A stretch of DNA of 47,983 nt, taken from Candidatus Woesearchaeota archaeon (GTDB lineage: Archaea > Nanobdellota > Nanobdellia > SCGC-AAA011-G17 > PNOQ01). The stretch spans positions 1-47,983 of the forward strand of contig JBDRML010000023.1 of assembly GCA_043812195.1 (NCBI GenBank), in the 5' to 3' direction. The notes below the pieces were generated by a model. The model did not search any database. It saw only the letters and a program-made list of their open reading frames with translations, and was not told where the DNA came from. Position 1 is the stretch's first letter. The number at the start of each line of letters is the position of its first letter. Made by a program: the position numbers and the translations under genes. Of the stretch, positions 28,438 through 37,860 are shown one piece after another.

Positions 28438-28662
28438 ATGGAAAAGAAAATATTTAATTTTACAACAATAATAGAAAAAGGAGAAGATGATTGGTATATA
28501 GCTACTGTTCCAGATATTCCTGGGTGCTACACTCAAGGTAAAACTATTGCACAAGTTCTAGAAAGAATTAAAGAAGCTATAGAAGTATGTTTAGAAGCTG
28601 ATAAAGAGGACATAGAACCAATGAAATTTGTTGGAGTCCAACAGGTAGAAGTTAGAGTATGA
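28438..28662 (+). CDS. hicB: HicB-family antitoxin
   Basis: YIATVPDIPGCYTQGKT...IKEAIE. Confidence 0.9.
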   Translation: MEKKIFNFTTIIEKGEDDWYIATVPDIPGCYTQGKTIAQVLERIKEAIEVCLEADKEDIEPMKFVGVQQVEVRV

Positions 28663-28892
28663 CAAAACTCGTTCCTATTTCTGGAAAAAAATTATGCAAA
28701 ATTTTAGAAAAAATAGGTTTTGAAAAAATATACGGAAAAGGAAGCCACATAAGATTTAAACATAAAGATGGCAGAAGAACTGTTGTTCCAGTTCATGGAA
28801 ATGAAGAAATAGGCATAAGTTTACTAAGAGAAATTCTAAAGCAAATAAAATTAAGTAGAGATGATTATAATAATCTTAGAAGAAAAGTTTAG
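28659..28892 (+). CDS. hicA: HicA-family mRNA interferase toxin
   Basis: LEKIGF...KGSH..FKH.DGRRTVVPVH...LLREILKQ. Confidence 0.92.
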   Translation: MTKLVPISGKKLCKILEKIGFEKIYGKGSHIRFKHKDGRRTVVPVHGNEEIGISLLREILKQIKLSRDDYNNLRRKV

Positions 28893-28940
28893 AAATATTC
28901 TATCAAAATCTTTTTAAACTAAAAAATTAAGGAAAAATTA

Positions 28941-29279
28941 ATGAAAAAAAAGAAATGGGTGGAATTCACATTATTTTATGTTGTTATTGCATTAATAGTC
29001 GCACAACTCCTAAAATTCACACCAATTGAAAATTATTTTAGTGGTCATGCCTTAATATTAACATCTCTGGTCTTAATTGTAGGATTACTAAAAGGAATTA
29101 AAAATCCATCATTCAGTATTGCATTTGTATTCTCGATTCTTTATCTTTACGATCGGGTATATATTCATGAATTTATTGAATTTGGACATACTATTCAAGA
29201 AATATTTATAGGAGTTTTATTTGGTATAATTCTTACATTAATATTGTATAGTTTATTTGGTGGTTTTAAGAGGAAATGA
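28941..29279 (+). CDS. Small membrane protein (about 4 TM)
   Basis: Hydrophobic segments; GHT..E...G motif reminiscent of a PAP2 C-terminus (weak). Confidence 0.6.
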   Translation: MKKKKWVEFTLFYVVIALIVAQLLKFTPIENYFSGHALILTSLVLIVGLLKGIKNPSFSIAFVFSILYLYDRVYIHEFIEFGHTIQEIFIGVLFGIILTLILYSLFGGFKRK

Positions 29280-29941
29280 GAAAAATTTAAAAACTTTTAA
29301 TTTAAAATCTTATCATGAAATTATCTATTATTTTAGCTCTTTTAGTTCCTTATGTAGCTATGATCTTTGGTTTGTATGTTTTTCATAATGCATGGATTGC
29401 TTTTATTATTTATCACATTTTGATTTTGATTGTTATGATTTCTACAAAGAATATGGGTTATTGGAAAGAATTAGTTAAAGGAAGAAATGTTTTAATTATT
29501 TTCTTAGCAGTTTTATTTGGTATTTGTGGAGGATTATTAATTTATATTCTAGCACCATTTATTGGAATTAAGAGTTACATAAATCCAGCATTAGTTGCTC
29601 TTGGATTATCTGGTGTTTCTTGGTTAGTTTTTGTTTTTTATCATTCTCTTGTTAATCCATGGTTTGAAGAAGCTTATTGGCGTGGTTTTTTAGGAAGTAA
29701 GAAGAAAAGTATTGTTTTGAATGATATAATTTTTGCTGCGTATCATATGCTTGTTTTATTTCTGTTTTTAGAATGGTATTGGGTTTTGTTAGCTTTTGTT
29801 ATTTTAATAACTACGGCTTGGCTATGGAGACAGTTGGCAAGAAAATATAATGGTTTATTTATTCCTATGTTATCACACATGGCAGGAGATGCAAGTATAA
29901 TGATTGTAGTTTATTTTTTGGCAGTTTAGGGAAATGAGAAA
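29272..29941. repeat. 12-bp direct repeat GGAAATGAGAAA (29272-29283, 29930-29941) bracketing the CPBP gene
   Basis: Exact match read from sequence. Confidence 0.7.
29315..29929 (+). CDS. CPBP (CAAX/Abi) intramembrane metalloprotease
   Basis: EEAYWRG, FAAYH, SHMAGD motifs; polytopic. Confidence 0.85.
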   Translation: MKLSIILALLVPYVAMIFGLYVFHNAWIAFIIYHILILIVMISTKNMGYWKELVKGRNVLIIFLAVLFGICGGLLIYILAPFIGIKSYINPALVALGLSGVSWLVFVFYHSLVNPWFEEAYWRGFLGSKKKSIVLNDIIFAAYHMLVLFLFLEWYWVLLAFVILITTAWLWRQLARKYNGLFIPMLSHMAGDASIMIVVYFLAV

Positions 29942-30055
29942 GTTTTTCTCTACTTCTGTAAGCAGAGATTAAAAGCAATAAATTAGTAATTGAAAGGATG
30001 AAGCACAAAACAAAACACTTATAAATCCAAGAGAATCTATAATATTAATTATCTC

Positions 30056-30095
30056 CCTTTCATTACCGATTCTGAGATGAGTCGGTAACGGAAGG
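30056..30095 (+). promoter_or_regulatory. 16-bp RNA hairpin in the leader of the NYN gene
   Basis: CCTTTC-A-TTACCGATTC/tgagat/GAGTCGGTAA-C-GGAAGG with two G.U pairs; TATA about 30 nt upstream. Confidence 0.65.
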
Positions 30096-30124
30096 CATAA
30101 ATACTATTCATTATTAGGTAAATT

Positions 30125-30772
30125 ATGGCAAAGAAGAGAATTTATGCTTATTATGATGGGAGCAATTTTTATCATCACATAAAAAATAACTATGGTATTA
30201 CCAATGTAAATTTTTCTGATATGACTAATCAACTTTTAGATTTAAATAAAGAAGAATTATTAAAAATAAAGTATTTCAATTGCCCAGTTAATAGACAAGA
30301 AGATCCACAAGTTTATGGAGACCAATTAAGATTTTTTGAAAAGATTAAAAAAACACCATTGTTGGAATTATTACTAGGAAGATTAGTTAAAAGACCATTA
30401 AATAAAATAAATATAAACTGTCAAACTTGTGGGCATCAAAAATCAGATAGCTTAAAATGCCCAATGTGTAAAAGGGAAATTTTAGTAAGCAATTGCTTTA
30501 AATATACTGAAAAAGGAGTTGATGTAAAATTAGCTATAAATTTATTACTAGATGCTCTTAATAATAGATACGACACTGCTCTTTTATTTAGCAGTGATGC
30601 TGATTATGTTCCTGCAGTAAAATATATAGTTAAGAACTTAAAAAAAGATGTTATATATTGCCATCTTCCAGCTCCCAAAACAAGTGAATTAATGCAGACA
30701 TGTACAAGTCACAAATTAATTACAAAAGAAATTGTAGAAAATTCACAGATAACTAAACAGCCAAAAAAATAG
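30125..30772 (+). CDS. NYN (LabA/DUF88) PIN-like ribonuclease with zinc-ribbon insertion
   Basis: YYDGSNFY, EKGVDVKLA, FSSDADYVP; inserted CQTC...CPMC. Confidence 0.88.
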   Translation: MAKKRIYAYYDGSNFYHHIKNNYGITNVNFSDMTNQLLDLNKEELLKIKYFNCPVNRQEDPQVYGDQLRFFEKIKKTPLLELLLGRLVKRPLNKININCQTCGHQKSDSLKCPMCKREILVSNCFKYTEKGVDVKLAINLLLDALNNRYDTALLFSSDADYVPAVKYIVKNLKKDVIYCHLPAPKTSELMQTCTSHKLITKEIVENSQITKQPKK

Positions 30773-30809
30773 TTAACTTTTTAAACCAATTTTAACCAAA
30801 TATTCTAAC

Positions 30810-30914
30810 GGGCTCATGGCTTAGTGGTTATAGCGTCGCCCTATTTTGTTGCCCGAAAGGACTCAAAAGGCGAGTACAAGGCGAAGGTCCCCGGTTCGAA
30901 TCCGGGTGGGCCCA
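30810..30914 (+). tRNA. tRNA-Val(TAC) with a 32-nt intron (30843-30874) at position 33/34
   Basis: GGGCTCA/TGGGCCC acceptor stem; spliced arm TCGCC-CTTACAA-GGCGA; T arm CCCGG-TTCGAAT-CCGGG; BHB motif; CCA not encoded. Confidence 0.92.
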
Positions 30915-30987
30915 TAACCACACATTAACCCTTTTTTAACATAGCAACAATTTTTCTAAATTTATTAGAATATCTCTCAATTTTATT

Positions 30988-31908
30988 TTACGAAAACGTT
31001 TGTGTTGCTTTACATTCAAATAAGTCACACGCTACCCCAATCCCAGTTATTGAGTAACTCGCATCAATCATATTTGTATGATGGCCTGGACTGTCTATCC
31101 ACCCACTAACCACACAACTCGCTACTTGATTATCAGTATAAACTACGCCACACCCTTCTACCCAATAGTGTTTTGGTGTCATAAAAATATTTTCACCAAC
31201 ATTATAATTGCTATGTTCAAAAAATCCTTCTTCAAGCATTCTTTCACTATGAGTTTTTGCCATATTATTCAGACTACTATCAAATCTTAATGAACCAACA
31301 CCATTTCTACCCCTTTCTTCATTAACTAATTTAAGTATATTTTCTTCAATATTGATTTCATCATTTTCGACAGATTTCTCTATCTTTTCTATATTATCAT
31401 TTTCCTCTACTTCATCAATAAGATTATCTATTTCTCCAATATATTCATCTTTCTTTAATTCTATATCATCAAAATTACTAGATACATCTGCCCAATTAAC
31501 GTAAAGTAATAAAAATAAAAATATAATAGCAATCATTCCCTTATGTTTATACACTCTACGCTTTAAACGTAATAGTTTGCTTCCTAAAAATAAACCAATA
31601 CCTGTTAGTAATAATCTGATTTCATATGAAGTAGATATGTTGAAATTATCTAATCCTAACCAAACTACCCAAATAAAGAATGTATTTACAATTCCCCAAA
31701 ACAAAAAGGATTTATCTAATGAAAATCCCCTATCTGCCGTAAATGTTCTTACTATCCTTGATATTAAAGTAACACCAAAACCAATTAAAAAGAGATACCA
31801 TAAATTATAATTTAAACTACGTAAAAAATAACCCATAATATACAAGCTTATTGCATATATAATAATCCAAATTATAGGCCATTTAAACTGTTTTAGCTTT
31901 AATTTCAT
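30988..31908 (-). CDS. Membrane protein with C-terminal CAP (SCP) domain
   Basis: About 5 TM, then LVNEER..G...L..D..L...A..HS..M, GENI, GWIDSPGHHTNM, GIGV. Confidence 0.85.
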   Translation of the reverse strand: MKLKLKQFKWPIIWIIIYAISLYIMGYFLRSLNYNLWYLFLIGFGVTLISRIVRTFTADRGFSLDKSFLFWGIVNTFFIWVVWLGLDNFNISTSYEIRLLLTGIGLFLGSKLLRLKRRVYKHKGMIAIIFLFLLLYVNWADVSSNFDDIELKKDEYIGEIDNLIDEVEENDNIEKIEKSVENDEINIEENILKLVNEERGRNGVGSLRFDSSLNNMAKTHSERMLEEGFFEHSNYNVGENIFMTPKHYWVEGCGVVYTDNQVASCVVSGWIDSPGHHTNMIDASYSITGIGVACDLFECKATQTFS

Positions 31909-31971
31909 TGTTTTTATTAAAGACCACTCAAAACATATAAAAAGCTTTCTTTTGGCGATTAGTAAGCTTTT

Positions 31972-32015
31972 TAAATAGAAATTAGGTTCTGGATTTAGGT
32001 TAAAAATGGTAAATA
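31972..32015 (+). repeat. 44-bp leader repeat, copy 2
   Basis: 41/44 identical to the reverse complement of 18369-18412. Confidence 0.9.
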
Positions 32016-32362
32016 AATCACAAATTATCTTTGGGGCAATAGTAATTGGAGCATTAGGCTATCTTTTCTTTCCTCGTCCAGAACCAGCCGAATATTTTGT
32101 TAAAGAAGGTACATTTAGGAACCTTAATGCTATCGCTTCTGTAGATCATAGGGGTAGAAGAATAGTTTTAGATAAAAAGAATGATTACAGAGATGATTTT
32201 CTTGAAGGCATAGATGCAAACCAAGATCACCACTTTGAAAAAATAACATTAAATAATGATGACTTAAGTTGGCATATATTACAACAATATGCACGTGATG
32301 ACACTTTAGAATTAGCTTATAAAACTGTTATGAATCAAACACAAGAAAAGGGAGAAAAATAA
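32006..32362 (+). CDS. Hypothetical protein with N-terminal TM helix
   Basis: AGGT RBS; shared leader. Confidence 0.65.
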   Translation: MVNKSQIIFGAIVIGALGYLFFPRPEPAEYFVKEGTFRNLNAIASVDHRGRRIVLDKKNDYRDDFLEGIDANQDHHFEKITLNNDDLSWHILQQYARDDTLELAYKTVMNQTQEKGEK

Positions 32363-32368
32363 GAAAAA

Positions 32369-32611
32369 ATGGAAGAAAAAGGAAAGGCATACGGCACTAT
32401 TAAAAATGTGACGCAAAAAATAACATTATTGGAAAGATTAAGTAGGGAGGGATTTATTGTTCCTACAAAAGATCGAATAGGAAATATTTACCCTATTATG
32501 ATTCCAAACGGAGAAGGCAATCGGGTACATGTTGGAGATATTATTTATAACCATGTTTACACAGTAAACTGCCCAAAATTGGATGAATTTTTATCTAATT
32601 ATGAGTTTTAA
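32369..32611 (+). CDS. Hypothetical protein
   Basis: GGAG RBS; operon position. Confidence 0.6.
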   Translation: MEEKGKAYGTIKNVTQKITLLERLSREGFIVPTKDRIGNIYPIMIPNGEGNRVHVGDIIYNHVYTVNCPKLDEFLSNYEF

Positions 32612-32695
32612 TTATTTTCACTTTCTAACTTTTCATTCTAACAACAACTTATGCCCATCGAACCAAATAAATTCGGGTTAGGGTGGGCGGCCCAT

Positions 32696-35281
32696 TCATT
32701 TTCTTAATTTTTTATAAACCTCACCCACAACCACAATACTAAAACTAACTAATAAGATAATCAACCACTCTTCCAATGTTAAAGGAGTAGTACCAAAAAA
32801 CTTACCAAAGAATCCAACCTGAACTATTAAAATCTGCAATCCAAAACTAATCAAAATAGCCCAAAATAATAAAAGATTCTTCTTCAATTTATAGATAGGC
32901 TCTTTAAAGGATCTAAAATTCAAAGCATTAAATCCTTCAAATAAAACCAAAGAACAAAACACCACAGTCTGAGCCTTAACAACACTAGATATATCAAAAA
33001 TACCAAATAAAAACAAACTGCCAGCAGTAATCAAACCAGCTAATCCAAGCCAAACTAAAAACACTCTAAAAGTAAATAAATTTGTATTATCAGGACCTCT
33101 TCTCATAATATTCTTCTCATGAGGCTCAAATCCTAATGACATTGCAATTATACCATCACTAACTAAATTAACCCATAAAATCTGAATAGGCAATAAAGCC
33201 AAAAAGCCAGGCCAGCCTAACAAACCCCCAAATAATAAAAAGAACAAAATAATAAACAGCTCAGCCAAATTCCCGCTTAATAAAAAATAAGAAAACTTCT
33301 TAATATTATCAAATACCCTTCTTCCTTCTCTAACAGCCTTAGGAACAGTAGCAAAATTATCATCAGTTAAAACCATATCAGAAATATCTCTAGCTACATC
33401 AGTGCCTCTAATTCCCATTGCAATTCCAATATCACCCTTTTTCAAAGCAGGCACATCATTAACACCATCTCCAGTCACACCAACAATCAAACCTTGTCTT
33501 TTCAAAGAATCAACTATCCTTAGTTTATGTTCAGGAGTCGCACGAGCAAAAATAACAGTCTTATTAACAACTTTATCCAAATCAGCATCACTCATTTTTT
33601 CAATATCAGAGCCTTTCACAACACCACCATCTAATCCAATCATCTTTCCAACTGTAGCAGCAGTCAATTCAGAATCCCCAGTAACCATCTTAACAGCTAT
33701 ACCAGCATTCTTACAAGTAATTATAGCATTCTTAACCTCACTTCTAGGAGGATCAATCATAGCCTGCAAACCTACAAAAATCAAATCAGATTCAGCTTCT
33801 TTCAAACTTATATGTTCAACTTTCTTAAATCCAAAAGCAAGAACTCTCAAACCTTTACCTTCCAAAACATCACTACTTTCATATAATTCTTTTTTTCTTT
33901 TATGTGTCAATCTAACTATTTTACCATTAATCATTTCAAAACTACTCTGTCCAATCAAAGTATCAGGAGCACCTTTCACATAACTAATATTATTATCTCC
34001 AACCTTTCGAACAACAGACATCAATTTTCTAATAGAACTAAAACTAAACTCTTTAACTTCAGGCCTTTCTTTTTCTAATTTCTTTTTATCAAACCCTTTT
34101 AAAATACCAGCATTAACCAAAGCAACCTCAGTAGGATCTCCAAATATTTGTTTAGAACCAATATCAACATTATTACAAAGTAAACCAATCTCCATTAATT
34201 TATTAAAAGTAGGACTTTTATCAGCAATTCCAAATTTATGAAATTTATTATCATAATAAACATCACTAACTTCCATTTTTTCTTCAGTCAAAGTTCCAGT
34301 CTTATCAGTGCAAATAACATTAACACGACCAAGAGTTTCAGCAGCAGGCAATTTTCTAATCAAAGCCTTAGACTTATACATCCTAACAACAGCAATAGCC
34401 AAAGCAATTGTAATAACAGCAGGTAAACCTTCAGGCACAGCAGCCACAGCTAAACTAACAGTCATAAAAAATATTTCTAACCAGCCCAAACCAACAATTA
34501 ATCCAATAGCACCAATTAAAATAGCTAATATTATAACTCCAATACCAATTTTTTTACCAAACTTATCAACTTTATTTTGTAAAGGGGTTTTTTTCTCAAC
34601 TTTAACTTTTTGAACTAATTTAGCAATTTTACCAAATTCAGTATCCATTCCAGTAGCCACAACAACAGCCCTGCAAGAACCATTAACAACAGAAGTTCCA
34701 CTATACAACATATTCACCCTTTTAGTTAACTCACTACTAACAGCTAATTTTTCATTAGTTTTAGTAACAGGAACACTTTCTCCTGTTAATACAGCTTCAT
34801 TAACCTGTAAATCACAACCACCAAGAACCCTACAATCAGCAACTATCTTATCCCCCTCATTTAATATTAATATATCTCCAGGAACAAGATTAACAGCTAA
34901 AATCTCCTGAACAACACCTCCTCTCAAAACTTTAACTTTAGGAACTAATAACTTTTTCAAATCCCTAATAGATTTTTCAGCCTTATAATTTTGAAAAAAC
35001 CCTATACCAGCATTAAAAAAAACAATAACTAATATAGCAACAAAATTAATCCACTCACTCAATAATCCAGAAACAAAAGCAGCAGCTATTAATAAATATA
35101 TAAAAACAGAATTAAACTGAGATAAAAATATCATAAAAGGCTTTATTTTTCTTAATTCCTTAAGCTCATTCTTACCATACTTTGATAATCTTAATTTAGC
35201 ATCATTCTCTCTAAGTCCATCTGTACTACTCTTTAATTCATTCAAAACTTCCTTATCGCTTAGAGCGTGCCAGGTTTTCAT
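32696..35281 (-). CDS. Cation-transporting P-type ATPase (P2, Ca2+-like)
   Basis: LTGES, VAAVPEGLP, DKTGTLT, KGAPD, MIDPPR, TGDGVND, QILWVNLVSD. Confidence 0.96.
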   Translation of the reverse strand: MKTWHALSDKEVLNELKSSTDGLRENDAKLRLSKYGKNELKELRKIKPFMIFLSQFNSVFIYLLIAAAFVSGLLSEWINFVAILVIVFFNAGIGFFQNYKAEKSIRDLKKLLVPKVKVLRGGVVQEILAVNLVPGDILILNEGDKIVADCRVLGGCDLQVNEAVLTGESVPVTKTNEKLAVSSELTKRVNMLYSGTSVVNGSCRAVVVATGMDTEFGKIAKLVQKVKVEKKTPLQNKVDKFGKKIGIGVIILAILIGAIGLIVGLGWLEIFFMTVSLAVAAVPEGLPAVITIALAIAVVRMYKSKALIRKLPAAETLGRVNVICTDKTGTLTEEKMEVSDVYYDNKFHKFGIADKSPTFNKLMEIGLLCNNVDIGSKQIFGDPTEVALVNAGILKGFDKKKLEKERPEVKEFSFSSIRKLMSVVRKVGDNNISYVKGAPDTLIGQSSFEMINGKIVRLTHKRKKELYESSDVLEGKGLRVLAFGFKKVEHISLKEAESDLIFVGLQAMIDPPRSEVKNAIITCKNAGIAVKMVTGDSELTAATVGKMIGLDGGVVKGSDIEKMSDADLDKVVNKTVIFARATPEHKLRIVDSLKRQGLIVGVTGDGVNDVPALKKGDIGIAMGIRGTDVARDISDMVLTDDNFATVPKAVREGRRVFDNIKKFSYFLLSGNLAELFIILFFLLFGGLLGWPGFLALLPIQILWVNLVSDGIIAMSLGFEPHEKNIMRRGPDNTNLFTFRVFLVWLGLAGLITAGSLFLFGIFDISSVVKAQTVVFCSLVLFEGFNALNFRSFKEPIYKLKKNLLLFWAILISFGLQILIVQVGFFGKFFGTTPLTLEEWLIILLVSFSIVVVGEVYKKLRK

Positions 35282-35285
35282 ATTA

Positions 35286-35609
35286 TTACATAGATATAAT
35301 CAAATTACAACCAGGATCTACTTCAATAAAATGATTTGCCAAACCATTTCTGAATTCTTCACACTGATTTTCAGGTAAATCATCAATATCAATTCTAGGC
35401 TCATGTGCCACATCACAGACCCAATCATCATATATCCAATCAGGATTATTATCACTCAAACAAGGACCATCATTCAAATCCAAGCCAGATTCAACACATA
35501 AATCCACACAAACTCTCTCTTTACTTGTCAGACCAGGGTCACTATGTGTACCACATCCAGAAATAAATAAAGCAAAAGCTAGCAATACTATTATCAAACC
35601 TCTTTTCAT
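35286..35609 (-). CDS. Cys-rich lipoprotein-like protein
   Basis: ISGC lipobox; GPCL, WVCDVAHEPR, NQC. Confidence 0.7.
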   Translation of the reverse strand: MKRGLIIVLLAFALFISGCGTHSDPGLTSKERVCVDLCVESGLDLNDGPCLSDNNPDWIYDDWVCDVAHEPRIDIDDLPENQCEEFRNGLANHFIEVDPGCNLIISM

Positions 35610-35685
35610 AAATCAAATTTAGAATTAAGACTATAAAAAACTTACCAATAATAAAATTTATAAATAAAACCAAATCCCTTAATAT

Positions 35686-36129
35686 ATGACATTAATATCA
35701 GAAACAATAAATGGAACAAAAAAACTTCCAGAATATTTAAGTGATGCTTTCAGAGACAATAATGGAAATATATATGAATTAAATTTTTCAAATCTTACTT
35801 TAAGAGTCGATACTGATAAAAAAACAATATACGGACACGCTTCCATTACAAAATCACAACCATCAACAAGGTCTATAAATCCAAATATACCCTTATTAGG
35901 AAGATTAAATGGAAAACCCTATAACAAAAGATTATGGAATTTTAGTACAGACAGATACAGCAATGGGGAAATTAATCATTTTGAAGTCCTTGTTACTGAA
36001 ATCTCAAACGGAAAATATAAAGAAGTAATTCAAAGACATGCAAGATTTAATGATGTAAACATAGAAAGAGGGGTTCTAAATAAAGTTTTCAAAAACCTAG
36101 ATGATCAAGTTAGAGAATTTCTCACTTAA
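35686..36129 (+). CDS. Hypothetical protein
   Basis: 147-aa ORF with TTTATAAA upstream. Confidence 0.6.
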   Translation: MTLISETINGTKKLPEYLSDAFRDNNGNIYELNFSNLTLRVDTDKKTIYGHASITKSQPSTRSINPNIPLLGRLNGKPYNKRLWNFSTDRYSNGEINHFEVLVTEISNGKYKEVIQRHARFNDVNIERGVLNKVFKNLDDQVREFLT

Positions 36130-36178
36130 TCAAATCCTTTTCATCATAAAGATATACATCTATCTTTTATTAAACTTA

Positions 36179-36709
36179 CTAAACCATCTTAGCTTCCATA
36201 ATCTTAACTTCAGTTAAAGGTTTATCATTAGCATCTTTTGCGACTTTAGCTATAGAATCAACTACATCCATGCCATTAACAACTTTGCCAAAAACAGGAT
36301 GTTTGCTATCTAAAAAATTATTATTTACTAAATTAATAAAAAACTGACTTCCACCAGTATTAGGGCCAGCATTAGCCATCGAAATAGTTCCTCTATCATT
36401 TTTATTTCCTCCAGCATGAGCAAATTCATCTTCAATTTTATATCCAGGGCCTCCAGTTCCGGTGCCAGTTGGATCTCCACCTTGTATCATAAAATCATCA
36501 ATTACCCTATGAAATATAACACCATCATAAAAACCTTCACTAACTAATTTCTTAAAATTGCCAGCAGTTATTGGCATATCATCATATAATTCTATAGTAA
36601 TATCCCCCATACTTGTCTTAAGCAAAACATTATTAGATTCTTCACTCATTGTACATCCTCCTATAAATATTCCCAAAATCAAAATCATTAATATAACTTT
36701 AATTTTCAT
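36179..36709 (-). CDS. Cyclophilin-type peptidyl-prolyl isomerase (possibly lipoprotein-anchored)
   Basis: FHRVI.DFMIQGGDPTGTG.GGPGY, SMANAGPNTGGSQFFI, HPVFG. Confidence 0.95.
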   Translation of the reverse strand: MKIKVILMILILGIFIGGCTMSEESNNVLLKTSMGDITIELYDDMPITAGNFKKLVSEGFYDGVIFHRVIDDFMIQGGDPTGTGTGGPGYKIEDEFAHAGGNKNDRGTISMANAGPNTGGSQFFINLVNNNFLDSKHPVFGKVVNGMDVVDSIAKVAKDANDKPLTEVKIMEAKMV

Positions 36710-36762
36710 AAGAAAATATCACAACAATAACCTTTATTAATATTTCTAATAGATTTCAAATC

Positions 36763-37452
36763 ATGGATTTATCAAGACAAGAGCTAATATTAGGAGAAAA
36801 ATCAAAGAAATTAGAGAACTCAAAAATCTGTATAGTAGGAATTGGAGCATTAGGTTCTTTATCAGCAGAATTATTAGTCAGATCAGGAGTTAAAAGCTTA
36901 ACAATCATAGATAGAGACACAATAGAAGACTCTAACTTACAAAGGCAGCATTTATTCACAAAAGAAGATATAGATAAACCAAAAGTAGAAATAGCAAAAA
37001 ACTACCTTAAAAAAATAAACCCAGATATAAATATAACAACACATTTCAAAAAGCTAGAAAAAGAAAACATAAACTTAATAGATTCAGACTTAGTTCTAGA
37101 TTGTACAGACAATTTTGAAATAAGGTTCCTAATAAATGAATACTGTAAAAAAAATAATATTCCATGGATATTTTCAGCTGCAATTAGAAACATAGGATAT
37201 GTATATAATATTTTACCAGATTCACCATGTTTCAATTGCATATTTCAAAAACTCAAATCAACAGAAATATGTTCAACAGCAGGAGTTCTAAACACCATTA
37301 CATCTTTAATTTCAAGCTTACAAATAAGTGAAGCCATCAAAATTTTAACAAATTCAAACTCAGAAAAAAACTTACTATTCATAGATCTATCAAATAACCA
37401 ATTTCACAAAATTAGAATAAATAAAAGAAAAGACTGTGAAATATGCAATTAA
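36763..37452 (+). CDS. ThiF/MoeB E1-like adenylyltransferase (UbaA-like)
   Basis: GIGALG, D.D.IE.SNLQRQ, DCTDN, PCFNC, C-terminal CEIC; no rhodanese domain. Confidence 0.92.
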   Translation: MDLSRQELILGEKSKKLENSKICIVGIGALGSLSAELLVRSGVKSLTIIDRDTIEDSNLQRQHLFTKEDIDKPKVEIAKNYLKKINPDINITTHFKKLEKENINLIDSDLVLDCTDNFEIRFLINEYCKKNNIPWIFSAAIRNIGYVYNILPDSPCFNCIFQKLKSTEICSTAGVLNTITSLISSLQISEAIKILTNSNSEKNLLFIDLSNNQFHKIRINKRKDCEICN

Positions 37453-37502
37453 TTCTCAAGAAATTGTCAAGATTTAAATAATAGTATATTATTATCTTTT
37501 AT

Positions 37503-37826
37503 ATGAAAGAAGAATCAATTTTTTTGGAACATGTAGGAGACAGCCCAAGAATGAGAGTATTACAATATTTAATAGAGGGAAGAGATCTTGATTATACTTT
37601 AACTGATATGCTTAATGCAGGGGTAAGTTGGGGGACTTTAAATCAATTAATTCCAATTCTTCTAAAATTAAATATAATTGTAAAAACTAGAAAAATAGGA
37701 AGAGCAACACTATACAAAATAAATAAAGGCAACCAAGTAGCTAAACAATTAATAGAATTATACGATTATCTACTTTTACAGAACTTAAATGAAATAGAAA
37801 AACAACATAAAAAAATTCCAGCCTAA
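37503..37826 (+). CDS. Winged-helix DNA-binding protein
   Basis: RMRVLQYL...AGVSWGTL...L....IVKTRKIGRATLY. Confidence 0.75.
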   Translation: MKEESIFLEHVGDSPRMRVLQYLIEGRDLDYTLTDMLNAGVSWGTLNQLIPILLKLNIIVKTRKIGRATLYKINKGNQVAKQLIELYDYLLLQNLNEIEKQHKKIPA

Positions 37827-37860
37827 AACTTTATATAAAAACAAAAACTCACAATAAAAA

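Noticed and set aside
28390-28909. 9-bp TATCAAAAT flanking hicBA, and similar weak 8-11 bp matches around 35686-36129 and 39017-39448
   Set aside because: Too short or imperfect to distinguish from chance in AT-rich DNA.
30843-30874. Group I intron in the tRNA (follows U33, ends in G)
   Set aside because: 32 nt is far too short, and a complete BHB motif explains the splicing.
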